A stretch of DNA of 64,000 bases from Cyanophyceae cyanobacterium (GCA_050331735.1 JBHJGN010000011.1:1-64000); one strand, 5' to 3'; shown: positions 22,281-33,728, counted from the stretch's first letter. A program made the numbers and translations. Notes: generated by a model not told the origin, from the letters alone.

Positions 22281-23048
22281 TCAGATCCAAGCAGAAAAGT
22301 CTTGGTTAAACTGTTCGAGCGTTAGGAGTCTAATGCCTAGCTCACTCACAGAGTTTCTGGCCTGAGCGGTATTGTATCCCCAAGCTGCCAAAAACAGCCG
22401 CACCTGCTGCAAATCAGCCTGCTGCTGAACCTGTTGCAGGGTTTTGAGCCGATCTTCTACAAACCATACCTGAGCATCGCCAGCGCTAGCAATAATTTCC
22501 CGTAATGTTTGATGCTTAGGGCGCTGACTTTCTTTGCCAATGATATGATGGTCAGCCAACTCAAGATTCTGTTGCTGAAGGAGCTGTTGGACAAAGCGTC
22601 CTTCTTTGGTCGTTACAATATAAAGCCCTGTCGACTCTAGAATTTTGTGAATTCTGTCGAGAACTCCCGGATAAAAGTGATGAAGTTTGAGCCATTCATC
22701 CAAATCTGTTTCAATCCACCGATCTCTAGTCCTATCTAGCTTGCTACCAATCTCTCTAGCATCAAGAGCTTCTCGTTGCACAATACTCTGGCATACGGCG
22801 GACCAATGCTGGAGAATTTCGTCTTCCGATACTCCGAGAACCAATGCCCGCAGTAAGATTGGCATTTCCCATCCCGTTTCTATCACTGGACGCAGCCGAT
22901 AAAAGCTAGGTTCTAAACCGTCTGGAACGGGTTTATCTTGCCAGAGTTGTTCGTAGGTCCGTTTTGTTGTCTGAAAGTATTCAATTAAGCCATCGCAGAT
23001 AACGCCATCAAAATCGAGAGCCAGAATAGTCGGAGCTGTCAGCATCAA
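22281..23048 (-). CDS. HAD-family hydrolase
   Basis: DFDGVICD, VTTK, FVEDR, WGYN. Confidence 0.88.
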   Translation of the reverse strand: MMLTAPTILALDFDGVICDGLIEYFQTTKRTYEQLWQDKPVPDGLEPSFYRLRPVIETGWEMPILLRALVLGVSEDEILQHWSAVCQSIVQREALDAREIGSKLDRTRDRWIETDLDEWLKLHHFYPGVLDRIHKILESTGLYIVTTKEGRFVQQLLQQQNLELADHHIIGKESQRPKHQTLREIIASAGDAQVWFVEDRLKTLQQVQQQADLQQVRLFLAAWGYNTAQARNSVSELGIRLLTLEQFNQDFSAWI

Positions 23049-23293
23049 ATTGTTGTGCTAGCTTGTACCCCTGAATCTTAATATAGTGGTTCTTAGTTGG
23101 ATAGAGTACTGCCTTACATTCTAGACATTTGTTGATTGTTGATGGTTTTCTGTCTGCTACAAGAGGAGATGAGCGCTAATCGTTACAAGATGTAACGGAT
23201 TAGCCGGAAGCGCTTTACACCCAGTCAGTCCAAGATTGTCTCTGCGATACCCTAGATCGAGTGACTTTAAATCCTTAATTTAAATAATTCTCT

Positions 23294-24256
23294 ATGACAT
23301 CTGCCATCTCTGCTCGTACCGTTCGCATTGGTTCTCGCAAAAGCCAGTTGGCGCTTGTGCAAACTTACTGGGTGCAAGAACAGCTCCAGAAACATTTTCC
23401 TGACATCCAGTTTGAAGTGGAGACGATGAACACTCAAGGAGACAAGATTCTGGACGTGGCGCTGGCGAAAATTGGTGACAAGGGCTTGTTTACTAAAGAG
23501 TTAGAGGTGGGAATGCTCAATCATCAGACGGATTTAGCCGTTCATTCTCTCAAGGATCTGCCGACGAACCTGCCAGCAGGGTTAATGTTAGGATGCGTGA
23601 CGGAACGAGTCGATCCGGCTGATGCGTTGGTGGTGAATGAAAAACATAAAGATAAACAGCTCAATACATTGCCAGACGGCGCAGTAATTGGTACATCTTC
23701 TCTCCGACGGCTGGCGCAACTGCGGCATCATTTTCCCCACCTAACGTTTAAAGATGTCCGGGGCAACGTCAACACCCGGCTGGCAAAGCTGGATGCGGGA
23801 GAGTACGACGCGATTATTTTAGCGGCGGCTGGTTTGCAGCGACTCGAGATGAGCGATCGCATTCATCAAGTGATTCCGAGCGAGATCTCTCTGCATGCTG
23901 TTGGGCAAGGAGCGCTTGGCATCGAATGTCGAGCCGGCGATACGGAAATTCTGGAAATTCTCCGCGCCCTCGAACACGTCCCGACCCGCGATCGCTGCTA
24001 CGCGGAAAGAGCCTTTCTGCGGGAACTAGAGGGGGGATGCCAGGTTCCTATTGGTGTCAATACTAAAATTGAGGCAGATACGCTCACGCTGACAGGGTTA
24101 GTTGCTAGCCTAGACGGAAAGCAATTGATTAAGAATAGCATCAGCGGCAGCCAGCAGGAAGCCAAACAGCTTGGCATCGACTTAGCCCATCGCCTGCGCG
24201 AGCAGGGGGCCGGAGGAATTTTAGCAGAAATTTTTGCTCAAATCGAGAGAAGTTAG
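23294..24256 (+). CDS. hemC: Hydroxymethylbilane synthase
   Basis: [32 protein letters not shown]. Confidence 0.98.
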   Translation: MTSAISARTVRIGSRKSQLALVQTYWVQEQLQKHFPDIQFEVETMNTQGDKILDVALAKIGDKGLFTKELEVGMLNHQTDLAVHSLKDLPTNLPAGLMLGCVTERVDPADALVVNEKHKDKQLNTLPDGAVIGTSSLRRLAQLRHHFPHLTFKDVRGNVNTRLAKLDAGEYDAIILAAAGLQRLEMSDRIHQVIPSEISLHAVGQGALGIECRAGDTEILEILRALEHVPTRDRCYAERAFLRELEGGCQVPIGVNTKIEADTLTLTGLVASLDGKQLIKNSISGSQQEAKQLGIDLAHRLREQGAGGILAEIFAQIERS

Positions 24257-24514
24257 GCACATAGAAAGCGATTAGCTATTAGCTGCTAGCTCTTAGCTGG
24301 TCAACGTGCAAAAAGATTTAGTTTCTTCGTTGAGCGCTTAGCTTATGAGTTGAGGAGTCATCTCTCATGTTTTTCGTGAACAAGAAATTTAACCAATCAG
24401 GAGCAATGAGCTGACACGCTCTGCGCTCTGGAGTCCTCACTCATCAATCAACTAATTGCTAACAGCGCTCCAGCTAAAAGCTATAGTTATTAGTAACGGC
24501 TCGTTAATAAATCT

Positions 24515-25033
24515 ATGAACATACCCCCAATCGATTTTGCGGTGCTAACTCAGTGGTCAGGAATTTTAACAATCTCTATCCTGGTTCTCACAGTTATTGC
24601 CTTTGTCTTCGGGTGGGGCATTCGATTTCGCTTGGTTGGGGCTACCGGATTTATGGTAGTGTTAACTGCGGGCCTCTTTGCCCTCGGGCTGGGATTGTTT
24701 ACCCGTACCGTGATTCCTGGGGCAGTTCGTTTTGCACGGGTTTACGACAACGGAGCTAACCAGGTGGTCATCGCCGTTCCGCCTCGCATGGATGAATCAG
24801 CCGTAGAGGCGACGCTGCGCCAAGCTGCCGACGATCTTTATTCCCGGGGTCGGTTAGGATTAGGAAACAAGCTCACCATTCGGCTGCGGACTATTGTTCA
24901 TCCCGAACCCGGCTTGTCTCAACCGCTTTATTTAGGGAGAGTAGAGCGATCGCTCTCTCAACGAGAAGACAAGATGATGAACGTCGAAGTTTTTGCCGAT
25001 AACGTCGCTCAACTGCCCCAGGTCGAGGAATAG
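24515..25033 (+). CDS. ycf51: Ycf51 family protein
   Basis: WGIRFRLVGATGF, VYDNGANQVVI, TLRQAA motifs. Confidence 0.85.
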   Translation: MNIPPIDFAVLTQWSGILTISILVLTVIAFVFGWGIRFRLVGATGFMVVLTAGLFALGLGLFTRTVIPGAVRFARVYDNGANQVVIAVPPRMDESAVEATLRQAADDLYSRGRLGLGNKLTIRLRTIVHPEPGLSQPLYLGRVERSLSQREDKMMNVEVFADNVAQLPQVEE

Positions 25034-25056
25034 ATTCAGTATTGATGAATTACTCT

Positions 25057-26214
25057 ATGAGTCAAACGGCTTCCCCCCTATCCCTTTTAGTAGCGCCCGC
25101 GCTTGTCCAGCGCGGAGGAATCTCTCAAGCAGGCGCTGCTGTGGCCCAACTTGGCACTCGTCCCCTCGTCATTGGCGGCGATCGCACTCTAGACCTCGTC
25201 CAGCAGCAGCTCCAGTCCTGGAAATGCCATCAGCTCGCCACCGCCGAGGCTCGCTACGCTCCCGACTGCTCTGAAACCTCCTTAGAAGCTCTGCGAGCTG
25301 CCGTCGAACGCCATCAAGCCGATTTAGTTGTCGGCGTTGGCGGTGGCAAAGCGCTAGATGCGGCCAAACTGCTGGCTCATCAGCAGGGTCTCCCCGTAGT
25401 TACCATTCCGACCTCCGCCGCCACCTGCGCCGCCTGGACGGCTCTAGCGAATGTCTACTCCGATGAAGGAGCGTTCCAGTACGATGTGGCCCTCAGCCGC
25501 TGTCCTGACCTGCTAATTCTTGATTACACTCTCGTTCAGAGCGCGCCTCGGCGAACGCTCGTTGCTGGCATTGGCGATGCGATTGCTAAATGGTACGAAG
25601 CCTCTGTCAGTAGCGGTCATGCTACCGCCACCCTCACTATTGCTGCTGTTCAGCAGGCTAGAGTACTGCGGGATATTCTGTTCCAAAGAGCGGCAGCGGC
25701 CCTCGAGAATCCTGGCGGGGAAGACTGGCGCGAAGTGGTTGATGCTACCGTTCTCTTGGCGGGGGTGATTGGGGGTCTTGGCGGAGCCAATTGCCGTACC
25801 GTTGCGGCTCATGCTGTTCACAACGGTTTAACCCACGTTCGAGCTTCCCATCAAGCGCTCCACGGCGAGAAGGTGGCTTACGGTATTCTGGTCCAGTTAC
25901 GCCTCGAAGAAATTGTGCAGCATAATCAGCTAGCCGCGTCTGCACGGCAGCAGTTGCTGGCATTCTATGCCGAGATCGGCTTGCCAACAACGTTGGAAGA
26001 GTTAGGATTACAGCAGGTTACTTTAGCAGAACTGCGCCAAGCGGCCCATGTTTCCTGTCTGCCCCATTCAGATATTCATCGCTTACCTTTCTCCGTACTT
26101 CCAGAACAGTTAGTCGCGGCGATGGTGTCTACGACCCTTATTGATGGCGGTCTCGGGAGTGGGCGCTCATCCCATCGCTCTCGGCAACCAGAACCGATAG
26201 AACCCCAAAATTAG
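25057..26214 (+). CDS. gldA: Glycerol dehydrogenase-like iron/zinc alcohol dehydrogenase
   Basis: GVGGGKALD, PTSAATCA, AHAVHNGL, HGEKVA. Confidence 0.85.
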   Translation: MSQTASPLSLLVAPALVQRGGISQAGAAVAQLGTRPLVIGGDRTLDLVQQQLQSWKCHQLATAEARYAPDCSETSLEALRAAVERHQADLVVGVGGGKALDAAKLLAHQQGLPVVTIPTSAATCAAWTALANVYSDEGAFQYDVALSRCPDLLILDYTLVQSAPRRTLVAGIGDAIAKWYEASVSSGHATATLTIAAVQQARVLRDILFQRAAAALENPGGEDWREVVDATVLLAGVIGGLGGANCRTVAAHAVHNGLTHVRASHQALHGEKVAYGILVQLRLEEIVQHNQLAASARQQLLAFYAEIGLPTTLEELGLQQVTLAELRQAAHVSCLPHSDIHRLPFSVLPEQLVAAMVSTTLIDGGLGSGRSSHRSRQPEPIEPQN

Positions 26215-26364
26215 GAGGGAGCGCTCCTAAGACTTTTAAAAGTGACTGTATGACTGAAAAAAGACCCGCTGATCGTGAGAAGATCGACTAAAGGAACCTA
26301 TTATCTAAGCTGAGTAATGCAGTTGGCAAAAACCTAAAGAGCAAACTCAGGATTTAGACACACC

Positions 26365-27156
26365 ATGATGATCGCACAGCTATTTAAACTCAAACTCAGC
26401 AAGCTAACTCTGCTGCTGCTCGGGGTGCTTGCTTTAGGAGCTTTGGCTGTTGTGGTAGTCAAACGCTCGACCACTCCTGAAAATACTTTTTATGGAATAA
26501 GATTTCCAGCCGGAAAAGTATCTTTTGCCGATCAGGTGGTTTCCTATAATCCTGTTATTTATCTAGATGAAGATCTGCCCAACGTTAGTGCTCCATTTGA
26601 CAATCCCTCTACAGCTCTAGGAGGCCCTAACTCTAGCACGTTGGAAAAGCCTTTGTCTTCTCCCGATCGCCATGATGTTGCTTTAGGCATTGGTGGCAGT
26701 ATTACGCTCAAGTTTACAGATAATTTGCTCACCGGAAGCGGAGATGATGCTCCCGATCTGTGGATTTTTGAAGCCGGAGGAGTCACAGAATCGGTTCTGG
26801 TCGAAATTAGTAAAGACGGGGAAACCTGGCATTCGGTTGGACAAACAACTAGACAGCGCAGCGGAATTGATATCGATGCGTTTGGGTGGGGACCGCAAGA
26901 ATTTTTTTCCTATGTACGCCTAACCGACGATCCGCACGAAGGCGACCATAACGGGATTTGGAAGGATGGAGAATGGCTTGGATGGGGAGGAGCCAACATT
27001 GACGCAGTAGGAACAATTTCCTCGGCTTCCCTAGAAAAATCTGCTCCTGATGTGCTGACTTCTTCGCTGCCCTTATCTAGATTCGTGATTTCAGCGTTAA
27101 TAACCTTCACGGCTGGCTTCGTTGCTGGTTTTTTGTTTAGAAGACAAAAAAAATAA
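26365..27156 (+). CDS. Membrane-anchored cell-surface protein
   Basis: N- and C-terminal TM helices; FADQVVSY..LG.GGSITLKF..DLWIFE domain; basic C-tail. Confidence 0.6.
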   Translation: MMIAQLFKLKLSKLTLLLLGVLALGALAVVVVKRSTTPENTFYGIRFPAGKVSFADQVVSYNPVIYLDEDLPNVSAPFDNPSTALGGPNSSTLEKPLSSPDRHDVALGIGGSITLKFTDNLLTGSGDDAPDLWIFEAGGVTESVLVEISKDGETWHSVGQTTRQRSGIDIDAFGWGPQEFFSYVRLTDDPHEGDHNGIWKDGEWLGWGGANIDAVGTISSASLEKSAPDVLTSSLPLSRFVISALITFTAGFVAGFLFRRQKK

Positions 27157-27239
27157 GCAACCACAAAGTTGCCACGATTCGGGCAGACGGCCAGCCACGT
27201 CATTGAAGGCCTGTTGCTACCTCTACCGAGTGATTTGAG

Positions 27240-27320
27240 TGCGGATGGCGAGACTCGAACTCGCACGGATGAACCACACGCCCCTCAAGCGTGCGTGTCT
27301 ACCAATTCCACCACATCCGC
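27240..27320 (-). tRNA. trnL: tRNA-Leu(GAG)
   Basis: GCGGATG/CATCCGC acceptor stem, anticodon arm CACGC-TTGAGGG-GCGTG, long variable arm, GTTCGAG T-loop. Confidence 0.97.
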
Positions 27321-27735
27321 AAGGCGATTTCTACTGTATCATGTTTAAGCGCTTTTAAACGAAATTGATACCAATTAGAAAAAGTAATCGGAGACTTGAT
27401 GAGTTGGGGGAAAGGGGAAGGGGTCAAGGGGAAAGGAAAGCACAGCAGCTCTTTGCCCTTGAACCTCCAATGCTTGGTTCGTTTGGAACTATCTGACTAC
27501 TTTCGGTAAATGGTTATGAGAACAAGAAAAAACTCCAGCGTTTGGCTAGAGTTCTTGAGCAAGAGGAATGGAATGATTGGCTAGGAGATGATTTAACAGT
27601 AGGCGATCGCGCTGAGAAGATCATTGAGCTATGCTGAGAATTCCCTAAAAAATTTTTTTTCGATCAGTTTAGATACATTAGTAGCAGCCTGAATTGAACT
27701 CGCTATTAATTACTCCTGCTGTCGTCGAGAAAAAT

Positions 27736-28173
27736 ATGCGTATTCAGATTAAATCTGTAAACTACACAGAGGAACTAACGGCGATCGCCACCATTCGCTG
27801 CCGAGTATTTCAAGAAGAACAGGGAGTGGCTCCAGAGTTGGAGTTTGACGGTCAAGACGAAACGGCACTGCACCTGTTAGCCTATTTAGACGATCAGCCT
27901 GTCGGCACCGCCAGAATCAGAGCTTTGACCGAGCAGCAGGCCAAAATAGAGCGGTTAGCCGTCCTCCCCCAGGCGAGGGGAAAAGGAATTGCCAAGAAGC
28001 TGATGGCAAAAGCCATCGAAATAGTTAGCGAGAGCAACTACGATGAAGCTTTAGTCCACGCCCAGGCATACATTAAAGGACTCTACCACCAGCTAGGCTT
28101 TGAGCAAGTCGGAGACCCCTTTATAGAAGCGAACATTCCCCACATCAAAATGAGCAAAAAGCTAGCTTCTTAG
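27736..28173 (+). CDS. GNAT acetyltransferase (ElaA-like)
   Basis: VFQEEQGV, IERLAV..ARGKGIA, HAQ, FIEANIPHIKM. Confidence 0.9.
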   Translation: MRIQIKSVNYTEELTAIATIRCRVFQEEQGVAPELEFDGQDETALHLLAYLDDQPVGTARIRALTEQQAKIERLAVLPQARGKGIAKKLMAKAIEIVSESNYDEALVHAQAYIKGLYHQLGFEQVGDPFIEANIPHIKMSKKLAS

Positions 28174-28414
28174 CTCACTCCTGATTACTGCTATAAAAAT
28201 TATTTATATAAAATTTACTTGATTAAACATTATTTGAGGCTGTTATTGACGTTTCCTCCTAACCATTAACTCTCGATCAAGTAATATTGTGACTATTTAA
28301 ACGGATTTGATATAAGCTAATGGTACCCAAATAGAAAGGGTGTAATCCTTTGCCCTTTCCCCCTTCCCCTTATCCCCGCTTAACCCCTGATCTTTTTACT
28401 GTTCAGTCTTAATC

Positions 28415-29536
28415 TTAGTACAGCTCGTATTCTAGAAACTGACAGGCGATCGCTCCATTAAGAATTGGCACTCGCCGAGAAGACTTCAAGCCAATTGAGA
28501 GCGCTAACTCCTTGTTGCCGCTGAGCACGTAAGCTTTCCATCCTTTAAACCGCTGCTTGAATACATCTCCCAGCAGTTTGTAAAACTGGCCTAAGCGCTG
28601 GCGATCGCCGACTCGTTCTCCATAGGGAGGATTGCAGATAATCACGCCTCGATCGGATATCGGCTCGACATCCGCCAACTCGCGGCAGGCAAAGTCGATG
28701 TGTTGATCTAAACCACTAGAGCGGGCATTGGTAAGCGCCTGAGCCACAATTTCCGGATCGCGATCGCTGCCGGCGATCGGTGCTGCTAATGGCTGCCTCC
28801 CCGTTGCCGCCTCAGACAGCAGCCGCTCCCAGAGTTGACGATCGAAATCAGTCCAAGTCTCGAACCCAAAACGCTCTCTAAAGCTGCCAGGAGGGACGTT
28901 CAACCCCACCAATGCCGCCTCTAGCGGCAAGGTTCCAGAGCCACACAGCGGATCGAGAAACGCTACCTCCGGCTGCCACTCCGATAGCTCAATTAAAGCG
29001 GCTGCCAGGGTTTCTTTTAACGGAGCCTTGCCCACTGCTGGTCGATATCCGCGACGATGCAGACTGTTTCCCGAACTATCCAAGCTCAGGGTACAAACCT
29101 CCCGATGAAGGTGAACGTTGATCCATAAATCAGGATTTTGCGTATCAACATCTGAGCGTTCTCCCCAGTGCTGCCGCTGCCAATCAACGATGGCATTCTT
29201 CACCTGCAATGCCGTAAAGTGGCTGTGATTGAGCGCTTTTGTCTTCCCCGTTGCCCTCACTGCAAAAGACCGATCGGGGGGAAGGGAGTCTCGCCAATCC
29301 ACCGCTTGAACGCCTTTGTAGAGAGAATCAGCTTTAGAGCAGGGAAATTTACTCAGCACCTGGAGAATCCGAAAGGACAGTCGCGACCACAAGTTAGTGC
29401 GGTACAGCAGTTCTCGGGTTCCCCAAAATTCTACTCCGCAAAAGGCAGGCATGACCCGTTCTGCGCCCAGACGTTCTAATTCCTGAGCCGCTAACGATTC
29501 GAGTCCTCGAGCGACAGTGGCAAAATATTCTGGCAT
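28415..29536 (-). CDS. THUMP-domain rRNA methyltransferase (RlmL-like)
   Basis: LHRRGYR, APLKETLAA, DPLCGSGT, NPPYG. Confidence 0.92.
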   Translation of the reverse strand: MPEYFATVARGLESLAAQELERLGAERVMPAFCGVEFWGTRELLYRTNLWSRLSFRILQVLSKFPCSKADSLYKGVQAVDWRDSLPPDRSFAVRATGKTKALNHSHFTALQVKNAIVDWQRQHWGERSDVDTQNPDLWINVHLHREVCTLSLDSSGNSLHRRGYRPAVGKAPLKETLAAALIELSEWQPEVAFLDPLCGSGTLPLEAALVGLNVPPGSFRERFGFETWTDFDRQLWERLLSEAATGRQPLAAPIAGSDRDPEIVAQALTNARSSGLDQHIDFACRELADVEPISDRGVIICNPPYGERVGDRQRLGQFYKLLGDVFKQRFKGWKAYVLSGNKELALSIGLKSSRRVPILNGAIACQFLEYELY

Positions 29537-29807
29537 AGGTCAAGTCCTGGCGGGATGGGAAAAGGGTCAGGGGGAAAGGGGAAAGGAAAGCGACACAGCC
29601 ATTGCTCTTGTCTTTAAAGGCACGTTCTCTGTAGTCTCTCAAAAAACAGCGCTCATTTCTACGTAGGCTTCATAGACTGCTCCTGAAAATTTTGGCGCAG
29701 GGCTTGAGCGATCGCCTGAGTCAGGAAAATTCTGATGAAAGATAGAGTGATTCCCGCTCATTTTCAGCTAGAAAGGACGGAACAACATTCAATAATTGAT
29801 ACTCACT

Positions 29808-30881
29808 ATGCCAGAACCGTTTCTCCTCAGCCGTCTTCTCCTGCATTTCGAGCACAAGTCTGAGGATCTGCTTAGCGATATCTCAGCCGCTGCGTTTACG
29901 CCTGACGGCAATTTATGGGTAGGTTCTGATGAACTGATCGGCGTTGAGCGGCTGTCTCCGATTGGTCCCCACACTTACGGCAAACATCAGCAGTTTGCGC
30001 TCTCAAATTTTATTGACCTATTTAACACAGAAGATGAAATTGACATTGAAGGCATGGATTATTCCCATCCGTATCTGTGGTTAACGGGTTCCCACAGTAT
30101 GAAACGGGACAAGCCAGACGGTGACGATGAGGAGGAAGATATTGAAGCCCTCACGAAGGTAACAACAGACTTAAATCGCTTTATCTTGGCGCGTATTCCA
30201 GTGATTAATGGCGAGTTGGTTCAGTCTTGTTCTTTGAGCGATGAACCGAAAGGTAAGCTGAGAGCTGCTTGTTTGCAGAAAAGTGGCGAGCGCAATTTAC
30301 TGATAGATGCCATCGCGGAAGATGTTCATCTTCAGCCCTTTATTTCTGGGGCCATTCCTTCTAAGGATAACGGGCTAGACATTGAAGGGTTAGCCATTTA
30401 CGACGAGCGAGTATTTCTGGGCTTACGCGGTCCGGTCCTGAGGGGATGGGCCATCCTTCTCGAAATCGAGGTGGTCGAAACCGAACCGGGAGTATTAGGG
30501 TTAAAGGCGATCGGTGAGGACGGAGAACTGTATAGAAAGCATTTCGTCGATCTTAATGGCTTAGGGGTGCGAGAACTGTGCTGGCGGGGCGAAGACCTCA
30601 TTATTCTAGCGGGACCAACCCTGGATTTAGAAGGCTCGATGCGTGTTTTTTGTCTCCAGAATATTTTAGATAGTTCTGGGAATACTCTACACGGACAAGA
30701 CTCAGACGACTTGACGGTTCTGTTCGATTTACCCTTTACTTTTGGGACCGATCATGCTGAGGGACTGGCGCTTTATTCCTGCTTCGAGCAAGAAGGGTTA
30801 ATGGTGGTGTATGATTCGCCCGATGAGAAGAGACTGCCGGCAGCTAAACAGATTTTTGCAGATGTTTTTCGCTTGCCTTAA
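29808..30881 (+). CDS. DUF3616 family protein
   Basis: DIEG, TGSHS, KDNGLDIEGL, GLRGPVLRGW, HAEG, VVYDSP. Confidence 0.75.
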   Translation: MPEPFLLSRLLLHFEHKSEDLLSDISAAAFTPDGNLWVGSDELIGVERLSPIGPHTYGKHQQFALSNFIDLFNTEDEIDIEGMDYSHPYLWLTGSHSMKRDKPDGDDEEEDIEALTKVTTDLNRFILARIPVINGELVQSCSLSDEPKGKLRAACLQKSGERNLLIDAIAEDVHLQPFISGAIPSKDNGLDIEGLAIYDERVFLGLRGPVLRGWAILLEIEVVETEPGVLGLKAIGEDGELYRKHFVDLNGLGVRELCWRGEDLIILAGPTLDLEGSMRVFCLQNILDSSGNTLHGQDSDDLTVLFDLPFTFGTDHAEGLALYSCFEQEGLMVVYDSPDEKRLPAAKQIFADVFRLP

Positions 30882-30964
30882 GCAATATTCCTTTAGTGCC
30901 AAATCGTCATGATGCTATATCTTGACTGCGCTCCTTACGACCAACTCAAGCACTATGCTGAGGG

Positions 30965-32602
30965 TTAGGGCTGTGGCTTACGCCAGATGCGAATTTGTCC
31001 CTGCCAACCACCACTGACTAAAATTTGACGTTCAGGACTCGTGGCGATCGCCGTGACGGCATCAGCATGACTCAAGGTATGCTTCAGGGTTGCGGTGTGA
31101 ATATCCCACAGCTTCATCGTTCGATCCCAACTGCCGCTGACAACAGTGTGGGCATCGATAATGCTCACCGCCCAGACTCCATCGGTATGGCCTGCTAGCG
31201 TATGCACTAGCTGCCCTGACTTCAGATTCCAGATGCCGACCGTCCCCTCACCGCTACCAGAAGCTAAGGTGTTGCCGTCAGGACTAATCGCGAGGGAGAG
31301 CACAGATAGAGAATGACCCTCTAGAGTCCGCTGTGGTTTGCCAGTCGCCAGGTTCCAGAGGCGAACCGTGGCATCTTGACTGCCAGAGGCTAGGGTCGTG
31401 CCGTCGGGAGTAATGGCGAGAGCACTGACTACACCGGAATGGTCCGTCAGCGATCGCACCAGTTGACCGGTCGAGATTTGCCACAGCTTAATCGTTTTGT
31501 CCCAGCTACCGCTAGCTAATTGACCGCTAGCCGTAAACACCAAGGCGGAGACAGCATCCTGGTGTCCTGATAGAGTCCGAATTAGTTCTCCGGTGTCGGC
31601 TTGCCACAGCTTGATCGTGCGGTCGTCACTGCCGCTGGCGATGATCTGACCATCGACACTCATCGCTATAGCATTAACAGCGGCAGCATGAGCCTGCCAA
31701 GACCGCACCAGTTGACCATCCGTTGACCATACAGAAATTGTGCCGTCACTACTCCCCCCAACGATGTTAGAGCCTAGAGCAACCGCTGTCACCGAGGCGC
31801 TGCTGGCATTGAGAGTCGCGGCGATGGTATAGGGACTCGTTGCGGTTGCCGCTGGCTGAGCTTGCTCACAGCAGCCGCCGGAACCTTCAGGAGAAGGGTT
31901 AGAGGTCGGTAAACCCGAGCGAGAGTACCAGTTTAAGAACTGCTTAATGTCGATGCCCGAGGCTACAACCGTGTTAGCATCATCGGCTAATCTCACCAAT
32001 CCATTAATACCAATCAGTTCCCCCTGTTGATTGAGAATGGGTCCGCCGCTCATGCCAACTCTGACTAAATTAGTGTAGGTTAAAGCATACCCTTGAGGGA
32101 GCGCTGAAGTCGTTTCGGTTAACTCTCCCTGAGTGCTGACAAACACCCGCTGGTTCAATGAATTTCCAGAACGAGTCCAGCCGCCAACGGTGACAGGTTC
32201 GCCCTCGGTCACTGTTTTGGCAATCTGCACCGTGCGGTAGGAAGATAAGCTCGTAAAAGACAGCAACGCTAGGTCTAAGTTGGGGAGGCGTTGAATGGTG
32301 CTGGGGTCAACCGAGTAGCGATCGCCATTAGCGGTGATGACGGTGTAAGTACCAGGGCGTTCAACAACATGAGCATTGGTCAAAACCGAATAGGTATCTG
32401 CGTTGCGCTCAACAATAACCCCACTGCCAACAGCAGGTCCATTAACGCGAACAGTTACTTCTCGAGCAATCGTGGTAACATCTGGTATTGATCGAGCAAC
32501 AAACGTTTTTCTAGACGCTGCGGTGGCAACCTGGTGCCACCAAGATCCTCCGCTCGGACTGATGGCTAATAAAACGACTAAAGTAATTCTAGATATACTC
32601 AT
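30965..32602 (-). CDS. Trypsin-like serine protease fused to WD40 repeats
   Basis: TNAHVV, LDLALL and GMSGGP triad; repeated GH...SGS.D.TIKLW units. Confidence 0.92.
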   Translation of the reverse strand: MSISRITLVVLLAISPSGGSWWHQVATAASRKTFVARSIPDVTTIAREVTVRVNGPAVGSGVIVERNADTYSVLTNAHVVERPGTYTVITANGDRYSVDPSTIQRLPNLDLALLSFTSLSSYRTVQIAKTVTEGEPVTVGGWTRSGNSLNQRVFVSTQGELTETTSALPQGYALTYTNLVRVGMSGGPILNQQGELIGINGLVRLADDANTVVASGIDIKQFLNWYSRSGLPTSNPSPEGSGGCCEQAQPAATATSPYTIAATLNASSASVTAVALGSNIVGGSSDGTISVWSTDGQLVRSWQAHAAAVNAIAMSVDGQIIASGSDDRTIKLWQADTGELIRTLSGHQDAVSALVFTASGQLASGSWDKTIKLWQISTGQLVRSLTDHSGVVSALAITPDGTTLASGSQDATVRLWNLATGKPQRTLEGHSLSVLSLAISPDGNTLASGSGEGTVGIWNLKSGQLVHTLAGHTDGVWAVSIIDAHTVVSGSWDRTMKLWDIHTATLKHTLSHADAVTAIATSPERQILVSGGWQGQIRIWRKPQP

Positions 32603-32747
32603 TGGCAAACAACTAAATTGGTTCAGCTTTTGCTTTCCAGTTAGCTAATACTAACCTGACTAGATTTTGTAACGGACAACTGATAGAAGCAAAGGGCAAA
32701 GGTCGTATTTTTGTCTCTACAATGTAGTCTCTATAAAGAGTAAATAA

Positions 32748-33644
32748 ATGGCTTGTATTATTAGTACAGTGAACATGAAAGGTGGAGTTGGTAAAACTAC
32801 TCTAACCGTTAATCTCGCTACTTGTTTGGCTAAAAACCACGGCAAACGAGTGCTCGTTCTCGACTTAGATGCTCAAATTAGCGCCACCCTGAGTCTGCTG
32901 TCGCCCCACGACTTTGCCAAGACGAGAAAGAAAAGAAAAACGTTAAGCTACTTAATTAACAACATCATTCAACCTAATCCTAAAAGTAAATTAACCGTCC
33001 AAGATATTATTTATCCCAACGTTTGTAATATTGAAAATTTAGAGCTGCTGCCTGGAGATATCGAACTCTACGATGAGTATATAGTCTCTGAGACTCTCCA
33101 TCAACGGGCTTCTCAGGAGAACGCTGAATTCAATCAGGTTTGGAATCGGCTAGAAAGAACCCTCATCAAAACCATTTTGGAGCCAATCGTAGAGGAATAT
33201 GACTTTATTATTATGGACTGTGCTCCTGGCTATACTCTCTTGACTCGCAGTGGCATTACTTCTAGTAACTACTACTTGTTGCCAGCGCGGCCTGAACCTC
33301 TTTCTTTAGTGGGAATTCAACTCTTAGAAAGGCGCATCGCCAAACTGACAGAAACTCACCGAGAGGCGCATCCGATGAACATCAAACTCCTAGGCATTGT
33401 CTTTGTTCTATCAGGAGGCGGTTTAATGGGGAGATATTATCGCCAAGTCATGAAACGCATAGACCAAGACTTTAGCCCCGATCAGCTTTTCCAGACTGCC
33501 ATTCCAATGGATGTCAACGTTGCTAAAGCCGTCGATATGTTTATGCCTGTGGTGACAGCAATGCCAAACACGAGCGGTTCAAAAGCTTTCTTCAAGTTAA
33601 CCGAAGAGTTTCTCGAAAAAATATCGGCTGCTCATCCGGGTTAA
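32748..33644 (+). CDS. Orphan ParA-family ATPase
   Basis: KGGVGKTT, DLDAQ, DCAPG. Confidence 0.9.
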   Translation: MACIISTVNMKGGVGKTTLTVNLATCLAKNHGKRVLVLDLDAQISATLSLLSPHDFAKTRKKRKTLSYLINNIIQPNPKSKLTVQDIIYPNVCNIENLELLPGDIELYDEYIVSETLHQRASQENAEFNQVWNRLERTLIKTILEPIVEEYDFIIMDCAPGYTLLTRSGITSSNYYLLPARPEPLSLVGIQLLERRIAKLTETHREAHPMNIKLLGIVFVLSGGGLMGRYYRQVMKRIDQDFSPDQLFQTAIPMDVNVAKAVDMFMPVVTAMPNTSGSKAFFKLTEEFLEKISAAHPG

Positions 33645-33728
33645 AGAGGCCGGGGGATATTCTCCGTCTTGGCTGAATTGTGATGGTTGATTGTCTATTA
33701 CTTTAAAAAAACATATCGCTCTGCAATC

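Noticed and set aside
32748..33644. parA as a partition system or plasmid marker
   Set aside because: No parB or parS palindrome seen nearby; the context is chromosomal housekeeping genes
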